Assembly (NCBI GenBank): GCA_964591475.1 | Contig: CAZQAX010000001.1 | Coordinates: 4,613 to 42,508 of the forward strand | Direction of reading: 5' to 3' | Source of the DNA: an uncultured Candidatus Saccharibacteria bacterium | GTDB lineage: Bacteria > Patescibacteriota > Minisyncoccia > Phycocordibacterales > UBA9973 | DNA length: 37,896 nt | Part shown: piece by piece, positions 16,489 through 23,300 of the stretch | Numbering within the stretch: the first letter of the stretch is position 1 | How the letters are laid out: each line of letters starts with the position of its first letter | Program-made: the position numbers and the translations under genes | Notes under the pieces: generated by a model | Seen by the model: the letters and a program-made list of their open reading frames with translations, nothing else | The model's database searches: none | Told to the model about the DNA's origin: nothing

Positions 16489-16506
16489 AAATAACTTTTT
16501 TGAGTC

Positions 16507-16920
16507 TTACCTTTTTATTTTATCAATTTCAATACTAATGAAATTCATACCCAGTATCGCCCACTGACGATCTGACCTGGTGCAATAATAGTACCAATGG
16601 GTTGATCTTTTATAAAAAGTAGCCTCATTAAATGTTTGAAACGACATGCTTAGCGGTATATACGACATATAAATACTGTCTTTATATACCTTTACGGTAA
16701 TAATTTTTTCCATATCATCGTAATAAGAAACCGTGCCATTTTTGATTTTATCAACGACATTATAAATATTACTCTCGGTAATATTACGAATAAAGTCGTC
16801 GACCTGAACCGAATCTTTAACCAATGACTGTTCATAATACAGACTATCGGCACTTTGTGTTTGTGCAAACATTGGCGAGCACAAGCTCCAGCCTAGCAAT
16901 ATAAGTATAAGTTTTTTCAT
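16507..16920 (-). CDS. Small secreted protein, hypothetical
   Basis: 137 aa. The signal peptide MKKLILILLGWSLCSPMFA/Q resembles that of the adjacent giant protein (…LFLGWSFMNSTAFG/Q). No family recognised. Confidence 0.55.
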   Translation of the reverse strand: MKKLILILLGWSLCSPMFAQTQSADSLYYEQSLVKDSVQVDDFIRNITESNIYNVVDKIKNGTVSYYDDMEKIITVKVYKDSIYMSYIPLSMSFQTFNEATFYKRSTHWYYYCTRSDRQWAILGMNFISIEIDKIKR

Positions 16921-16987
16921 GGTACTGTTTTTTTAGCACATTAACACAAAGTTAAAACATTGGCTAGTGACACAGTATTTTAAACTT

Positions 16988-17016
16988 TTGACTTTATGTA
17001 GTATCTACGGTAAGCT
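16988..17016 (+). promoter_or_regulatory. Sigma70-like promoter TTGACT-17 nt-TAAGCT for the 17038 gene
   Basis: TTGACTTTATGTAGTATCTACGGTAAGCT, 21 nt upstream of the ATG. Confidence 0.5.
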
Positions 17017-17037
17017 TGCCTTAGAAATTTTAGAACT

Positions 17038-17661
17038 ATGAAAAATGAAAAACTAGCCCAAAGACTTTTAAACCTTTTTTACCAAAATGGTTTTACCAAT
17101 ACCGAAATTGAAGCCCTGTTAAAAAACCGAGAAAAAGCCCATCAATCTATAGCAAGTGCATATAGGCGACTTGTATCAAGTAGAGAGATAGAAGAGTCTC
17201 GTTTTGAACTAATTGAAAAAATCACCATCGAAAAAGAGCCGATCAATGTAGATTTTTTTATAAACAACACAATGTTGGCAAAAAGTAATTATTTTGCTGA
17301 ACATACATCAGCCTACTTAAGGGTCTTAAAATCAATCAGGAGGTTTTCTCAGCCCGGTACAATACTTGTGTATAACCAAAAACACAATGCCGACATTATG
17401 GATTTTATTAGATTCGCAGAGAGAAGAGAAGAGCGGTTACTAGGTTTGCCCGGTATAATACTGTTCAACGAAAAAACAGACATGGCGCCCAAGCGCGATC
17501 TTGTTATAAGTATTGACCCTAGTAAAAAACTAATTTTTACCTTGGACCAAAAAACTTTTACAAGAGATGTTATGTATAAGCACGGGGAAAACTTCATAGC
17601 CAAAAAAATGATACAAGATAATTTATTTTTATCGTTTGTACCAGCAAAATATGATACCTAG
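17038..17661 (+). CDS. Hypothetical protein
   Basis: 207-aa ORF with its own promoter and terminator. Predicted soluble with a helical N-terminus. No family recognised. Confidence 0.5.
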   Translation: MKNEKLAQRLLNLFYQNGFTNTEIEALLKNREKAHQSIASAYRRLVSSREIEESRFELIEKITIEKEPINVDFFINNTMLAKSNYFAEHTSAYLRVLKSIRRFSQPGTILVYNQKHNADIMDFIRFAERREERLLGLPGIILFNEKTDMAPKRDLVISIDPSKKLIFTLDQKTFTRDVMYKHGENFIAKKMIQDNLFLSFVPAKYDT

Positions 17662-17664
17662 ACT

Positions 17665-17690
17665 AAAGCCCCTTTTACAAGGGGCTTTTT
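17665..17690. terminator. Bidirectional terminator between the 17038 gene and convergent recJ
   Basis: AAAGCCCC-TTTTACAA-GGGGCTTTTT. Confidence 0.7.
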
Positions 17691-17701
17691 GATTTCTTAA
17701 A

Positions 17702-19381
17702 CTACTCAATGCCATTCAATCGCATGCGGTACAGTGTGCGGCCACCAAAATTGCTTTCATCAAGCGTTGCAGTAAAAGTTATTTTTTTACCGTACAAATC
17801 GGTAACCCATGGTTCACTGGCGCTGAAAAATGAAATAATGCTCATAGTTTTACCTTCGTCTTGTACAGTTAGTTCAATGTGTTCTTTGTTTTTACCAAAA
17901 ATTTTAACACCAGTTACAGTAACACCTGCAAAACGAAAAATTGGTTTTGGGTTAGCTAGGCCAAAAGGTGAAAGTTTTTTCATGCCGGCATATAATTCGC
18001 GCGTAATAGCTGGCAATGTTGTGTCAATAATTAATTCGTCTTCACTTTCAATTTCAATTACTGGTTTATGGTTATCATAAATTGTTTGGGCAACATCTGC
18101 CAATGTATAGATTGCTTCAGGTACAACTGTAAAACCACCAGCTTTGACGTGACCACCATGAGCACTGAATGTATTTTGTGGAAATTCGGCAAAGTATTGC
18201 GCCAAATGAATATCGCCAAAACTGCGGGCCGAGCCTTTGATATTACCGTTTGGGTCGCGACCCCAAACCATAACGCTTTTTTTATGTTGCTCACCTACCT
18301 TCATGGCAATTATACCCAATACACCTATGTGCCAATCAGGTTCGCCAATTACCAAAACTTTATTACCCTCTTGCTGTTTGGCCAAAACATTTGCTTTGCG
18401 CATAATTGTAGCACTAATTGTTTTGCGTTTATTATTAAAGCCTTCTAATTCTAGTACATTTTTAATAGCCTCTTCATCATTGCGTGATATTAAAACATTC
18501 AGTGCCACACTAGGGTGCGCCATACGTGAAGATGCATTTATACGTGGCGCTAGTGTAAAGGCAATATCGTCTTCGCTAATACTTTCAAGTTTAATATTGT
18601 TTTTACTAAATAAAATTCTTAACCCTTGGTTTTGGGTTTTGCGCAAAACATTCATACCCCAATATGCCAATATGCGATTTTCACCCAACAATGGCACCAT
18701 GTCTGAAATTGTGGCAATCGCCACCAAATCAAGCCACCACTTCTCGGCCCCAACTGGCACTTTAAAATATTCGCCATACTTATTTAAAAATCCACGTACT
18801 AATGTATAACTAACCCCGGCACCACAAAAATCTTTGAATGGGTATTTGCAATCGGCTTGTTTAGGATTAACAACCGCATAGGCTTTGGGTAAATCATCGA
18901 CTTCAACCCCATCGGTATTTATCATGCGTCGTGGCAAGTGGTGATCATTAACAATAACATCAACGCCCTGGGTTTGGGCAAACAAAACCTCATCAATGGC
19001 TGTTATGCCAACATCGGTTGTAATTATAAGGGTTGCACCAGTTGCAATGATTTTCTCTACTGCATCCATGTGTAGTCCATAGCCCTCTTCGTGCCTATCA
19101 GGCAAATACACGCTAACATTATGTGCGTAATTTATTTTTTCAAAAAATTTATACAACACCGATGCGCTAGGTATACCGTCGCAATCATAATCAGCATAAA
19201 TATAAATCTTCTCACCCCCTTCGATAGCCTCGAAAATACGAATAACCGCCCTCTCTAAATCTTTCATTAGGAATGGGTCGGCTAAATCTTCATATTTGGG
19301 GTTTAAAAAATTCTCTCTTTCCTCTACACTATTCAAACCCAATCGGCTCAAGATTAATTCAACAACTGCCGGTAAACTCAT
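17702..19381 (-). CDS. recJ: Single-stranded-DNA-specific exonuclease RecJ
   Basis: DHH-family motifs YADYDCDGIPS, TTDVGI and VNDHH; DHHA1 GGHxxAGG (AHGGHVKAGGF); C-terminal OB-like region. 559 aa, a typical bacterial RecJ length. Confidence 0.9.
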   Translation of the reverse strand: MSLPAVVELILSRLGLNSVEERENFLNPKYEDLADPFLMKDLERAVIRIFEAIEGGEKIYIYADYDCDGIPSASVLYKFFEKINYAHNVSVYLPDRHEEGYGLHMDAVEKIIATGATLIITTDVGITAIDEVLFAQTQGVDVIVNDHHLPRRMINTDGVEVDDLPKAYAVVNPKQADCKYPFKDFCGAGVSYTLVRGFLNKYGEYFKVPVGAEKWWLDLVAIATISDMVPLLGENRILAYWGMNVLRKTQNQGLRILFSKNNIKLESISEDDIAFTLAPRINASSRMAHPSVALNVLISRNDEEAIKNVLELEGFNNKRKTISATIMRKANVLAKQQEGNKVLVIGEPDWHIGVLGIIAMKVGEQHKKSVMVWGRDPNGNIKGSARSFGDIHLAQYFAEFPQNTFSAHGGHVKAGGFTVVPEAIYTLADVAQTIYDNHKPVIEIESEDELIIDTTLPAITRELYAGMKKLSPFGLANPKPIFRFAGVTVTGVKIFGKNKEHIELTVQDEGKTMSIISFFSASEPWVTDLYGKKITFTATLDESNFGGRTLYRMRLNGIE

Positions 19382-19387
19382 TAATGT

Positions 19388-19396
19388 ATTATAGCA
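19388..19396 (-). promoter_or_regulatory. Extended -10 box TGcTATAAT, 6 nt upstream of the recJ ATG
   Basis: The minus strand reads TGCTATAAT-acatta-ATG, implying a leaderless mRNA. Confidence 0.55.
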
Positions 19397-19399
19397 TAC

Positions 19400-19422
19400 A
19401 AAAAAGCCCCCGAGAGGGCTTT
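19400..19422 (-). terminator. Rho-independent terminator after ORFan A (family-2 hairpin variant)
   Basis: The minus strand reads TTTAAAGCCCTCTCGGGGGCTTTTTT. Its flanks are shared with the terminators at 19787..19812 and 20515..20540. Confidence 0.7.
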
Positions 19423-19430
19423 AAATTTGA

Positions 19431-19733
19431 TTACTCAATGATCTTGGCAATGGTTTGCAGAATGTTAGTCAAAGTATAATTTACACTAACCTCCATATCA
19501 TTCATGCAGTCATCATTCCTTACTGGATTATCAAGAAATTTTGGAGAAAAGTTCTTTTCCAAGCCGGAGAAATTTTTGTCAACGGAATTTTTTACCTCTT
19601 TACAAAAACTCTTGTACAAATCAGGTCCAAGTGCCAAAGCGATAGCATCATTTATACCAGTAGAGTGTTTCGATCTACGACCGTAGTGCCAGACAATTTT
19701 ATCACTGAGCTTAAATGCTTCTGTTGCTGTCAT
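19431..19733 (-). CDS. ORFan A, hypothetical 100-aa protein
   Basis: ATG start. Own family-2 promoter (19751..19779) and terminator (19400..19422). No signal peptide or TM helix; no family recognised. Confidence 0.5.
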   Translation of the reverse strand: MTATEAFKLSDKIVWHYGRRSKHSTGINDAIALALGPDLYKSFCKEVKNSVDKNFSGLEKNFSPKFLDNPVRNDDCMNDMEVSVNYTLTNILQTIAKIIE

Positions 19734-19750
19734 GTTCTTTGTTTTTCTTT

Positions 19751-19779
19751 ACCCTACACCCATAAACCAACCTAGTCAA
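19751..19779 (-). promoter_or_regulatory. Family-2 promoter TTGACT-17 nt-TAGGGT for ORFan A
   Basis: The minus strand reads TTGACTAGGTTGGTTTATGGGTGTAGGGT followed by AAAGAAAAA. Confidence 0.55.
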
Positions 19780-19786
19780 CTCATAC

Positions 19787-19812
19787 AAAAAAGCCCCCAA
19801 CGTGAGGGCTTT
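19787..19812 (-). terminator. Rho-independent terminator after ORFan B (family-2 hairpin)
   Basis: The minus strand reads GCCCTC-ACGTT-GGGGGC followed by T6. Confidence 0.7.
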
Positions 19813-19819
19813 AAAAAAT

Positions 19820-20464
19820 TTAATCTAAAAATCTTGGATTACGAGGATCGAAAAATTGCGAAGCTACCTGTGATGCAAGAAATGACACCTCGCGAACGGT
19901 TGGATTACTTTTTTTTGATTTAAATTCATGATATTTGGCAATCCATTCGTTTTGGGAATAACCAGCAGAACTATTACCGCTCCCCTTTTTTGAACTTTGC
20001 CAAATTCGAACACGAAAGCGGTGTTCCTGTGAATCATCTGGATCAAAAATTTGAAGCCTTTCGTCGTCAGATATTTTTTTAACAAACTCTAACCGATGAA
20101 ACGTCTTACCGTTTTTGATAATTAGTAGCGAAGGCCCTTTGTAAACAATTGTTTTTTCATCAACACCTAAACTCATATCCATTGCGTGGTGCCTTGTCCG
20201 TATGTAGGTGACTGGGTCAACAGGGTCAGCAAAAAGATATAATGTTTTTATTTTTTTATCAATAAAAGCCAATGAATGCTTTTTATCTTTCATAAAAACC
20301 TTACTCCATGTACTCGCTCTTAGGGGATGCTTCTTGTCTGAAACTGTTACAAATGGACAGAAAAATAATTCTCCATTCCATTTAAAAATTCCTTGGGTTA
20401 CTTGAAGTAAGTAATATGCGACAAGACCTAAATCATTTGTTGGTATTTTTTTGTATTTTTTCAT
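19820..20464 (-). CDS. ORFan B, hypothetical 214-aa protein
   Basis: ATG start, own family-2 promoter and terminator. Basic and soluble-looking; no family recognised. Confidence 0.55.
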   Translation of the reverse strand: MKKYKKIPTNDLGLVAYYLLQVTQGIFKWNGELFFCPFVTVSDKKHPLRASTWSKVFMKDKKHSLAFIDKKIKTLYLFADPVDPVTYIRTRHHAMDMSLGVDEKTIVYKGPSLLIIKNGKTFHRLEFVKKISDDERLQIFDPDDSQEHRFRVRIWQSSKKGSGNSSAGYSQNEWIAKYHEFKSKKSNPTVREVSFLASQVASQFFDPRNPRFLD

Positions 20465-20478
20465 CGTACTTTTTCTTT

Positions 20479-20507
20479 ACCCTACACCCATAAACCCATT
20501 TGGTCAA
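20479..20507 (-). promoter_or_regulatory. Family-2 promoter TTGACC-17 nt-TAGGGT for ORFan B
   Basis: The minus strand reads TTGACCAAATGGGTTTATGGGTGTAGGGT followed by AAAGAAAAAG. Confidence 0.55.
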
Positions 20508-20514
20508 TATAAAC

Positions 20515-20540
20515 AAAAAAGCCCCCAACGTGAGGGCTTT
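20515..20540 (-). terminator. Rho-independent terminator after ORFan C (family-2 hairpin)
   Basis: Identical sequence to 19787..19812. Confidence 0.7.
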
Positions 20541-20552
20541 AAATTTCATAAC

Positions 20553-20981
20553 CTAGAACGATATTGAGAGTTCTAAATAAAGGACTTGATCATTTCCACT
20601 TGCGCCATTTTTCCAATCCCACGATTCTTTTGAAACAGTACGGTCGTATGGCTTTCCAGAAACTTCTGGACATTCTCTGGTGGCCTTAGCTACAAGAATT
20701 TCCAAAACTTTTTTGCTGGGTACTTCTAGGATTTCTTGCTTTTTGCACAAAAGGCCATCACCGAAATCTGTTTCAGAATTAAAGATGCATTTTAAACCCT
20801 TAAAAGATCTTTCCCCTCCAAAAGGAACAAGAGTTAGGGTGCTAAGTAATTTTTCTAAATTCTTGCATTTACTACTTTTATTATGGTTAAAAAGTGTGTT
20901 GCAGAAAGAACGCATTGCATGCTCCACATCTTCAACTGAAAATTTAACAGCTAAATCAATTTTTTTTGTTCTAAGTTCCAT
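20553..20981 (-). CDS. ORFan C, hypothetical 142-aa protein
   Basis: ATG start, own family-2 promoter and terminator. Five Cys residues; no family recognised. Confidence 0.5.
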   Translation of the reverse strand: MELRTKKIDLAVKFSVEDVEHAMRSFCNTLFNHNKSSKCKNLEKLLSTLTLVPFGGERSFKGLKCIFNSETDFGDGLLCKKQEILEVPSKKVLEILVAKATRECPEVSGKPYDRTVSKESWDWKNGASGNDQVLYLELSISF

Positions 20982-20995
20982 GGTGCTTTTTCTTT

Positions 20996-21024
20996 ACCCT
21001 ACACCAACCTAACAACCTTGTCAA
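20996..21024 (-). promoter_or_regulatory. Family-2 promoter TTGACA-17 nt-TAGGGT for ORFan C
   Basis: The minus strand reads TTGACAAGGTTGTTAGGTTGGTGTAGGGT followed by AAAGAAAAAG. It overlaps back-to-back with the plus-strand promoter at 21017..21045. Confidence 0.55.
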
Positions 21025-21045
21025 TTACCATATATTGTGGTAATG
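21017..21045 (+). promoter_or_regulatory. Promoter TTGTCA-17 nt-TAATGT (TGg extended -10) for the 21065 gene
   Basis: TTGTCAATTACCATATATTGTGGTAATGT, divergent from and overlapping the ORFan C promoter. Confidence 0.45.
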
Positions 21046-21064
21046 TTTTAAAAATTTACAGAAC

Positions 21065-21313
21065 ATGAAAAAATTAACATTACTGCTTTTAATCGGATTA
21101 TTTTTCAATTCGTGTGCTAAAAAAGAGAAGCATACTCTCTCTGAGTACTGTGGCCAATATGCCGTTTACTCAACCTCTGGTGGACAATTTACCACTCCCC
21201 CTTTTTATCTTGGTTTTGAAAAAAATAAAGGTGCGGGTGTAGAGCTTGTAGAAGTTTCACAGGCAGAATACTTTACATACAAAGACGGCGAAAAGCCTAT
21301 TAGTTGCAAGTAA
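21065..21313 (+). CDS. Small secreted protein or putative lipoprotein, hypothetical
   Basis: 82 aa. MKKLTLLLLIGLFFNSC/AKKE has a signal-peptide-like N-terminus with a Cys right after the hydrophobic core, though the lipobox is non-canonical. Confidence 0.5.
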   Translation: MKKLTLLLLIGLFFNSCAKKEKHTLSEYCGQYAVYSTSGGQFTTPPFYLGFEKNKGAGVELVEVSQAEYFTYKDGEKPISCK

Positions 21314-21317
21314 ATTT

Positions 21318-21346
21318 AACCGGCCTTTTTATGGGTCGGTTTTTTG
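21318..21346 (+). terminator. Rho-independent terminator after the 21065 gene
   Basis: ACCGGCC-TTTTTATG-GGTCGGT (one G-T wobble) followed by a T-run. Confidence 0.6.
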
Positions 21347-21358
21347 TTTTTTAATTTT

Positions 21359-21367
21359 TGCTATAAT
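21359..21367 (+). promoter_or_regulatory. Extended -10 box TGcTATAAT, 6 nt upstream of the HIT gene ATG
   Basis: TGCTATAAT-caataa-ATG implies a leaderless mRNA. Confidence 0.55.
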
Positions 21368-21373
21368 CAATAA

Positions 21374-21784
21374 ATGGAAAAAACAATATTTCAAAAAATT
21401 ATAGATCGTGAAATACCAGCCACAATTGTTTACGAAGATGACAATTTTATTGCGATACTCGACATAAACCCAGTAAACATTGGCCACACATTAGTAATAC
21501 CTAAAAACCCTTGGGCAAATATGTACGAAATGCCCGCCGAAGACTTTGGCCACATGATGCAAGTTGCGCACATGTTAGGTGTAAAAATCAAAGACACTCT
21601 AGAAGCTGATGGTATAAACATAATCATGAACAATGACCCAGCCGCTGGCCAAGTAGTATTTCATGCACATGTACACATAATACCCCGCTACACTGGCGAT
21701 GGACACGAACACTGGCACGGCGCCCGAGGCTATAACGAAGGCGAAGCTGAAATGATCGCCGACAAAATAATGGAGAATTACTAA
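21374..21784 (+). CDS. HIT (histidine triad) family nucleotide hydrolase/transferase
   Basis: IFQKIIDREIPA N-terminus, NPVNIGHTLVIPK and the histidine triad HAHVHIIPR. Confidence 0.9.
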   Translation: MEKTIFQKIIDREIPATIVYEDDNFIAILDINPVNIGHTLVIPKNPWANMYEMPAEDFGHMMQVAHMLGVKIKDTLEADGINIIMNNDPAAGQVVFHAHVHIIPRYTGDGHEHWHGARGYNEGEAEMIADKIMENY

Positions 21785-21820
21785 CTTATAAATTCCTGCA
21801 CAAGCCTGGCTTGTACAGCT

Positions 21821-21848
21821 AAAAACCCCGACATTTTGTCGGGGTTTT
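21821..21848. terminator. Bidirectional terminator between the HIT gene and the convergent 2H-phosphoesterase-like gene
   Basis: AAAACCCCGACA-TTTT-GTCGGGGTTTT. An additional hairpin lies at about 21795..21819. Confidence 0.75.
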
Positions 21849-21850
21849 GT

Positions 21851-22390
21851 TTAGGTTTTGATAGCCAGAGGCAGTCTTTGTATTTCTACCCAGTTACTGC
21901 CATAAACTTTCTCAAACAAGCAAACATATTCAAACGGAGACTCGAAACCAGTTAACGGTATGGTTTTGTCTAGATCAAAAAATTTAACATCCTGAATATC
22001 GGGAACTTTTTTGAAAATTGTTACATGCAACATATCATCATCATTACCTTTTTCATTTGCAATTTGTTCGACAAGCTTTCGAACGTCAACCCATAAATTG
22101 GCAACCGCATAAGTTGGCTGAATTCTTACAACGATATTGTCATGAAATATTCCTAAACCGCTTAAAACGATTCTCGTATTTGAATAGTCTTTAACCAAGC
22201 GATCAAGCGCGGCCAATAAATGTTTTCTATAGTTTCCAGTTATTGGTTTATGAAACGTCACATGCAGCAGTTCTTCTTTGTAAGAGGGTGTTATTTGCGG
22301 GTTTAGCATTTCTATACTACCCGACAAAGACTTTAGCAGGGCGTAAAGTTCACCCTTTGGCTTGAAACAGATAAAATATTTACTTTTCAT
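21851..22390 (-). CDS. Putative 2H phosphoesterase superfamily protein (LigT / cyclic phosphodiesterase-like)
   Basis: 179 aa with two HxT motifs at the expected spacing: LLH43-V-T45-FHKP and MLH122-V-T124-IFKK. Otherwise divergent. Confidence 0.5.
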   Translation of the reverse strand: MKSKYFICFKPKGELYALLKSLSGSIEMLNPQITPSYKEELLHVTFHKPITGNYRKHLLAALDRLVKDYSNTRIVLSGLGIFHDNIVVRIQPTYAVANLWVDVRKLVEQIANEKGNDDDMLHVTIFKKVPDIQDVKFFDLDKTIPLTGFESPFEYVCLFEKVYGSNWVEIQRLPLAIKT

Positions 22391-22398
22391 AATTTACG

Positions 22399-22425
22399 AT
22401 TTAACTGCCCAAATACTATCACACC
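22399..22425 (-). promoter_or_regulatory. Family-1-like promoter core upstream of the 2H-phosphoesterase-like gene
   Basis: The minus strand reads GGTGTGATAGTATTTGGGCAGTTAAAT. The copy at 971..997 reads GGTGTGGTAAGGTTTGGGCAGTTAAAT, so 23 of 27 nt are identical. This includes a 15-nt block that lies downstream of the -10. Confidence 0.45.
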
Positions 22426-22461
22426 ATACATAAATTAAAAAGTTTTGGTTTATTATAGTAT

Positions 22462-22490
22462 TTGACATATTCATTTATATAGTGTATTGT
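22462..22490 (+). promoter_or_regulatory. Promoter TTGACA-17 nt-TATTGT for the 22507 gene
   Basis: TTGACATATTCATTTATATAGTGTATTGT, 16 nt upstream of the ATG. Confidence 0.5.
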
Positions 22491-22506
22491 TATAAAAAAT
22501 TAGCAC

Positions 22507-23238
22507 ATGAAAAATCAGAAAAAATTAATGCAAATGATAGGTATTCTACTGATTACAATTCAATTATTAATACCGGCAATAAGTCTTTACTTTTGTAAAC
22601 AACCTGAACGAATAGAAATCTTCATAAATTACTTATTTTGTTTACCAATTATAACCTTAAGCCTTTATATATGCTTTATGGTAATAACGAATCAAGATCT
22701 TGAAAATTTTCGAGTGAGGGTTAAAAAATACCAAGCAAGAAAACAGGTCACATACTTGGCGATAGTTAGTATATGGGGTTTAGGGCTTTCGGCAATACTA
22801 GTGTCAATAAAAAGTAACCACCCCCTTGCGAGCCTTAATGTCTCTACCGGCATATTAAATATATTTCTATATAGTATTGGATTCATGTCTTGGATTTTGT
22901 CTTTGTCTTTATTAATAGCAGAAAAGCTTGATAAAAACCTGCTACTAAGAAGCATAAACGGACCATATACTGGCAAGAGTCTTGATAAAGCTTTTTCACA
23001 TTATAGTCAAAGAAGAATGTTTAGAGAAAGTGACCTAGTTTTCAGAAAAAGAGTTTTTGCTGAATTGATTATTAAAAAAACACCAGAAGAAGCCAAAATA
23101 AGACTTATATGCATACTGCTTAACGTAAAAGATATTAACTCGTTACCCAAAAGTATTATGGACCTGTGCATTCCCATGTTCAGCGACCCTCCATCAGTAA
23201 GAGACATTGATTTTCTGTTATCAAAAGTAACTTTTTAA
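22507..23238 (+). CDS. Multi-pass membrane protein, hypothetical
   Basis: 243 aa with about 4 N-terminal TM helices and a soluble C-terminal region of about 90 aa. No family recognised. Confidence 0.5.
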   Translation: MKNQKKLMQMIGILLITIQLLIPAISLYFCKQPERIEIFINYLFCLPIITLSLYICFMVITNQDLENFRVRVKKYQARKQVTYLAIVSIWGLGLSAILVSIKSNHPLASLNVSTGILNIFLYSIGFMSWILSLSLLIAEKLDKNLLLRSINGPYTGKSLDKAFSHYSQRRMFRESDLVFRKRVFAELIIKKTPEEAKIRLICILLNVKDINSLPKSIMDLCIPMFSDPPSVRDIDFLLSKVTF

Positions 23239-23241
23239 TTA

Positions 23242-23275
23242 AAAAGCCATGAAGAATTTATTTCCTCATGGCTTT
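23242..23275. terminator. Bidirectional terminator between the 22507 gene and convergent pgk
   Basis: AAAAGCCATGAAGAA-TTTA-TTTCCTCATGGCTTTT (imperfect long stem). Confidence 0.7.
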
Positions 23276-23300
23276 TATAGTGTTAACTCAATTTAGTTTT

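Larger units (their letters stand above)
19734..19819 (-). repeat. Intergenic terminator-plus-promoter unit, copy 1
   Basis: It shares two identical blocks with 20465..20552. One is a 31-nt block (minus strand TTTAAAGCCCTCACGTTGGGGGCTTTTTTGT). The other is a 27-nt block (GGTTTATGGGTGTAGGGTAAAGAAAAA). Confidence 0.8.
20465..20552 (-). repeat. Intergenic terminator-plus-promoter unit, copy 2
   Basis: See 19734..19819. Same order, spacing and orientation of the two conserved blocks. Confidence 0.8.

Noticed and set aside
18068-18809. Long plus-strand ORFs (126 and 190 aa) antisense to recJ
   Set aside because: They lie inside the well-supported recJ CDS. The translations are Ser/Leu/Ile-rich nonsense typical of antisense frames in AT-rich genes.
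19382-21064. Could the repeated intergenic units be a CRISPR array or integron attC cassettes?
   Set aside because: The units are 390-730 nt apart, and each resolves cleanly into a terminator hairpin plus a TTGACN-17-TAGGGT promoter, so this is not a CRISPR array.

An integron is also unsupported. There are no RYYYAAC/GTTRRRY attC core sites, no intI or any recombinase in the window, and the cassettes carry their own promoters.

A weak inverted similarity between module ends (GTGTAGGGTAAA versus TTTAAAGCCCTCAC) is too short and imperfect to call terminal inverted repeats.
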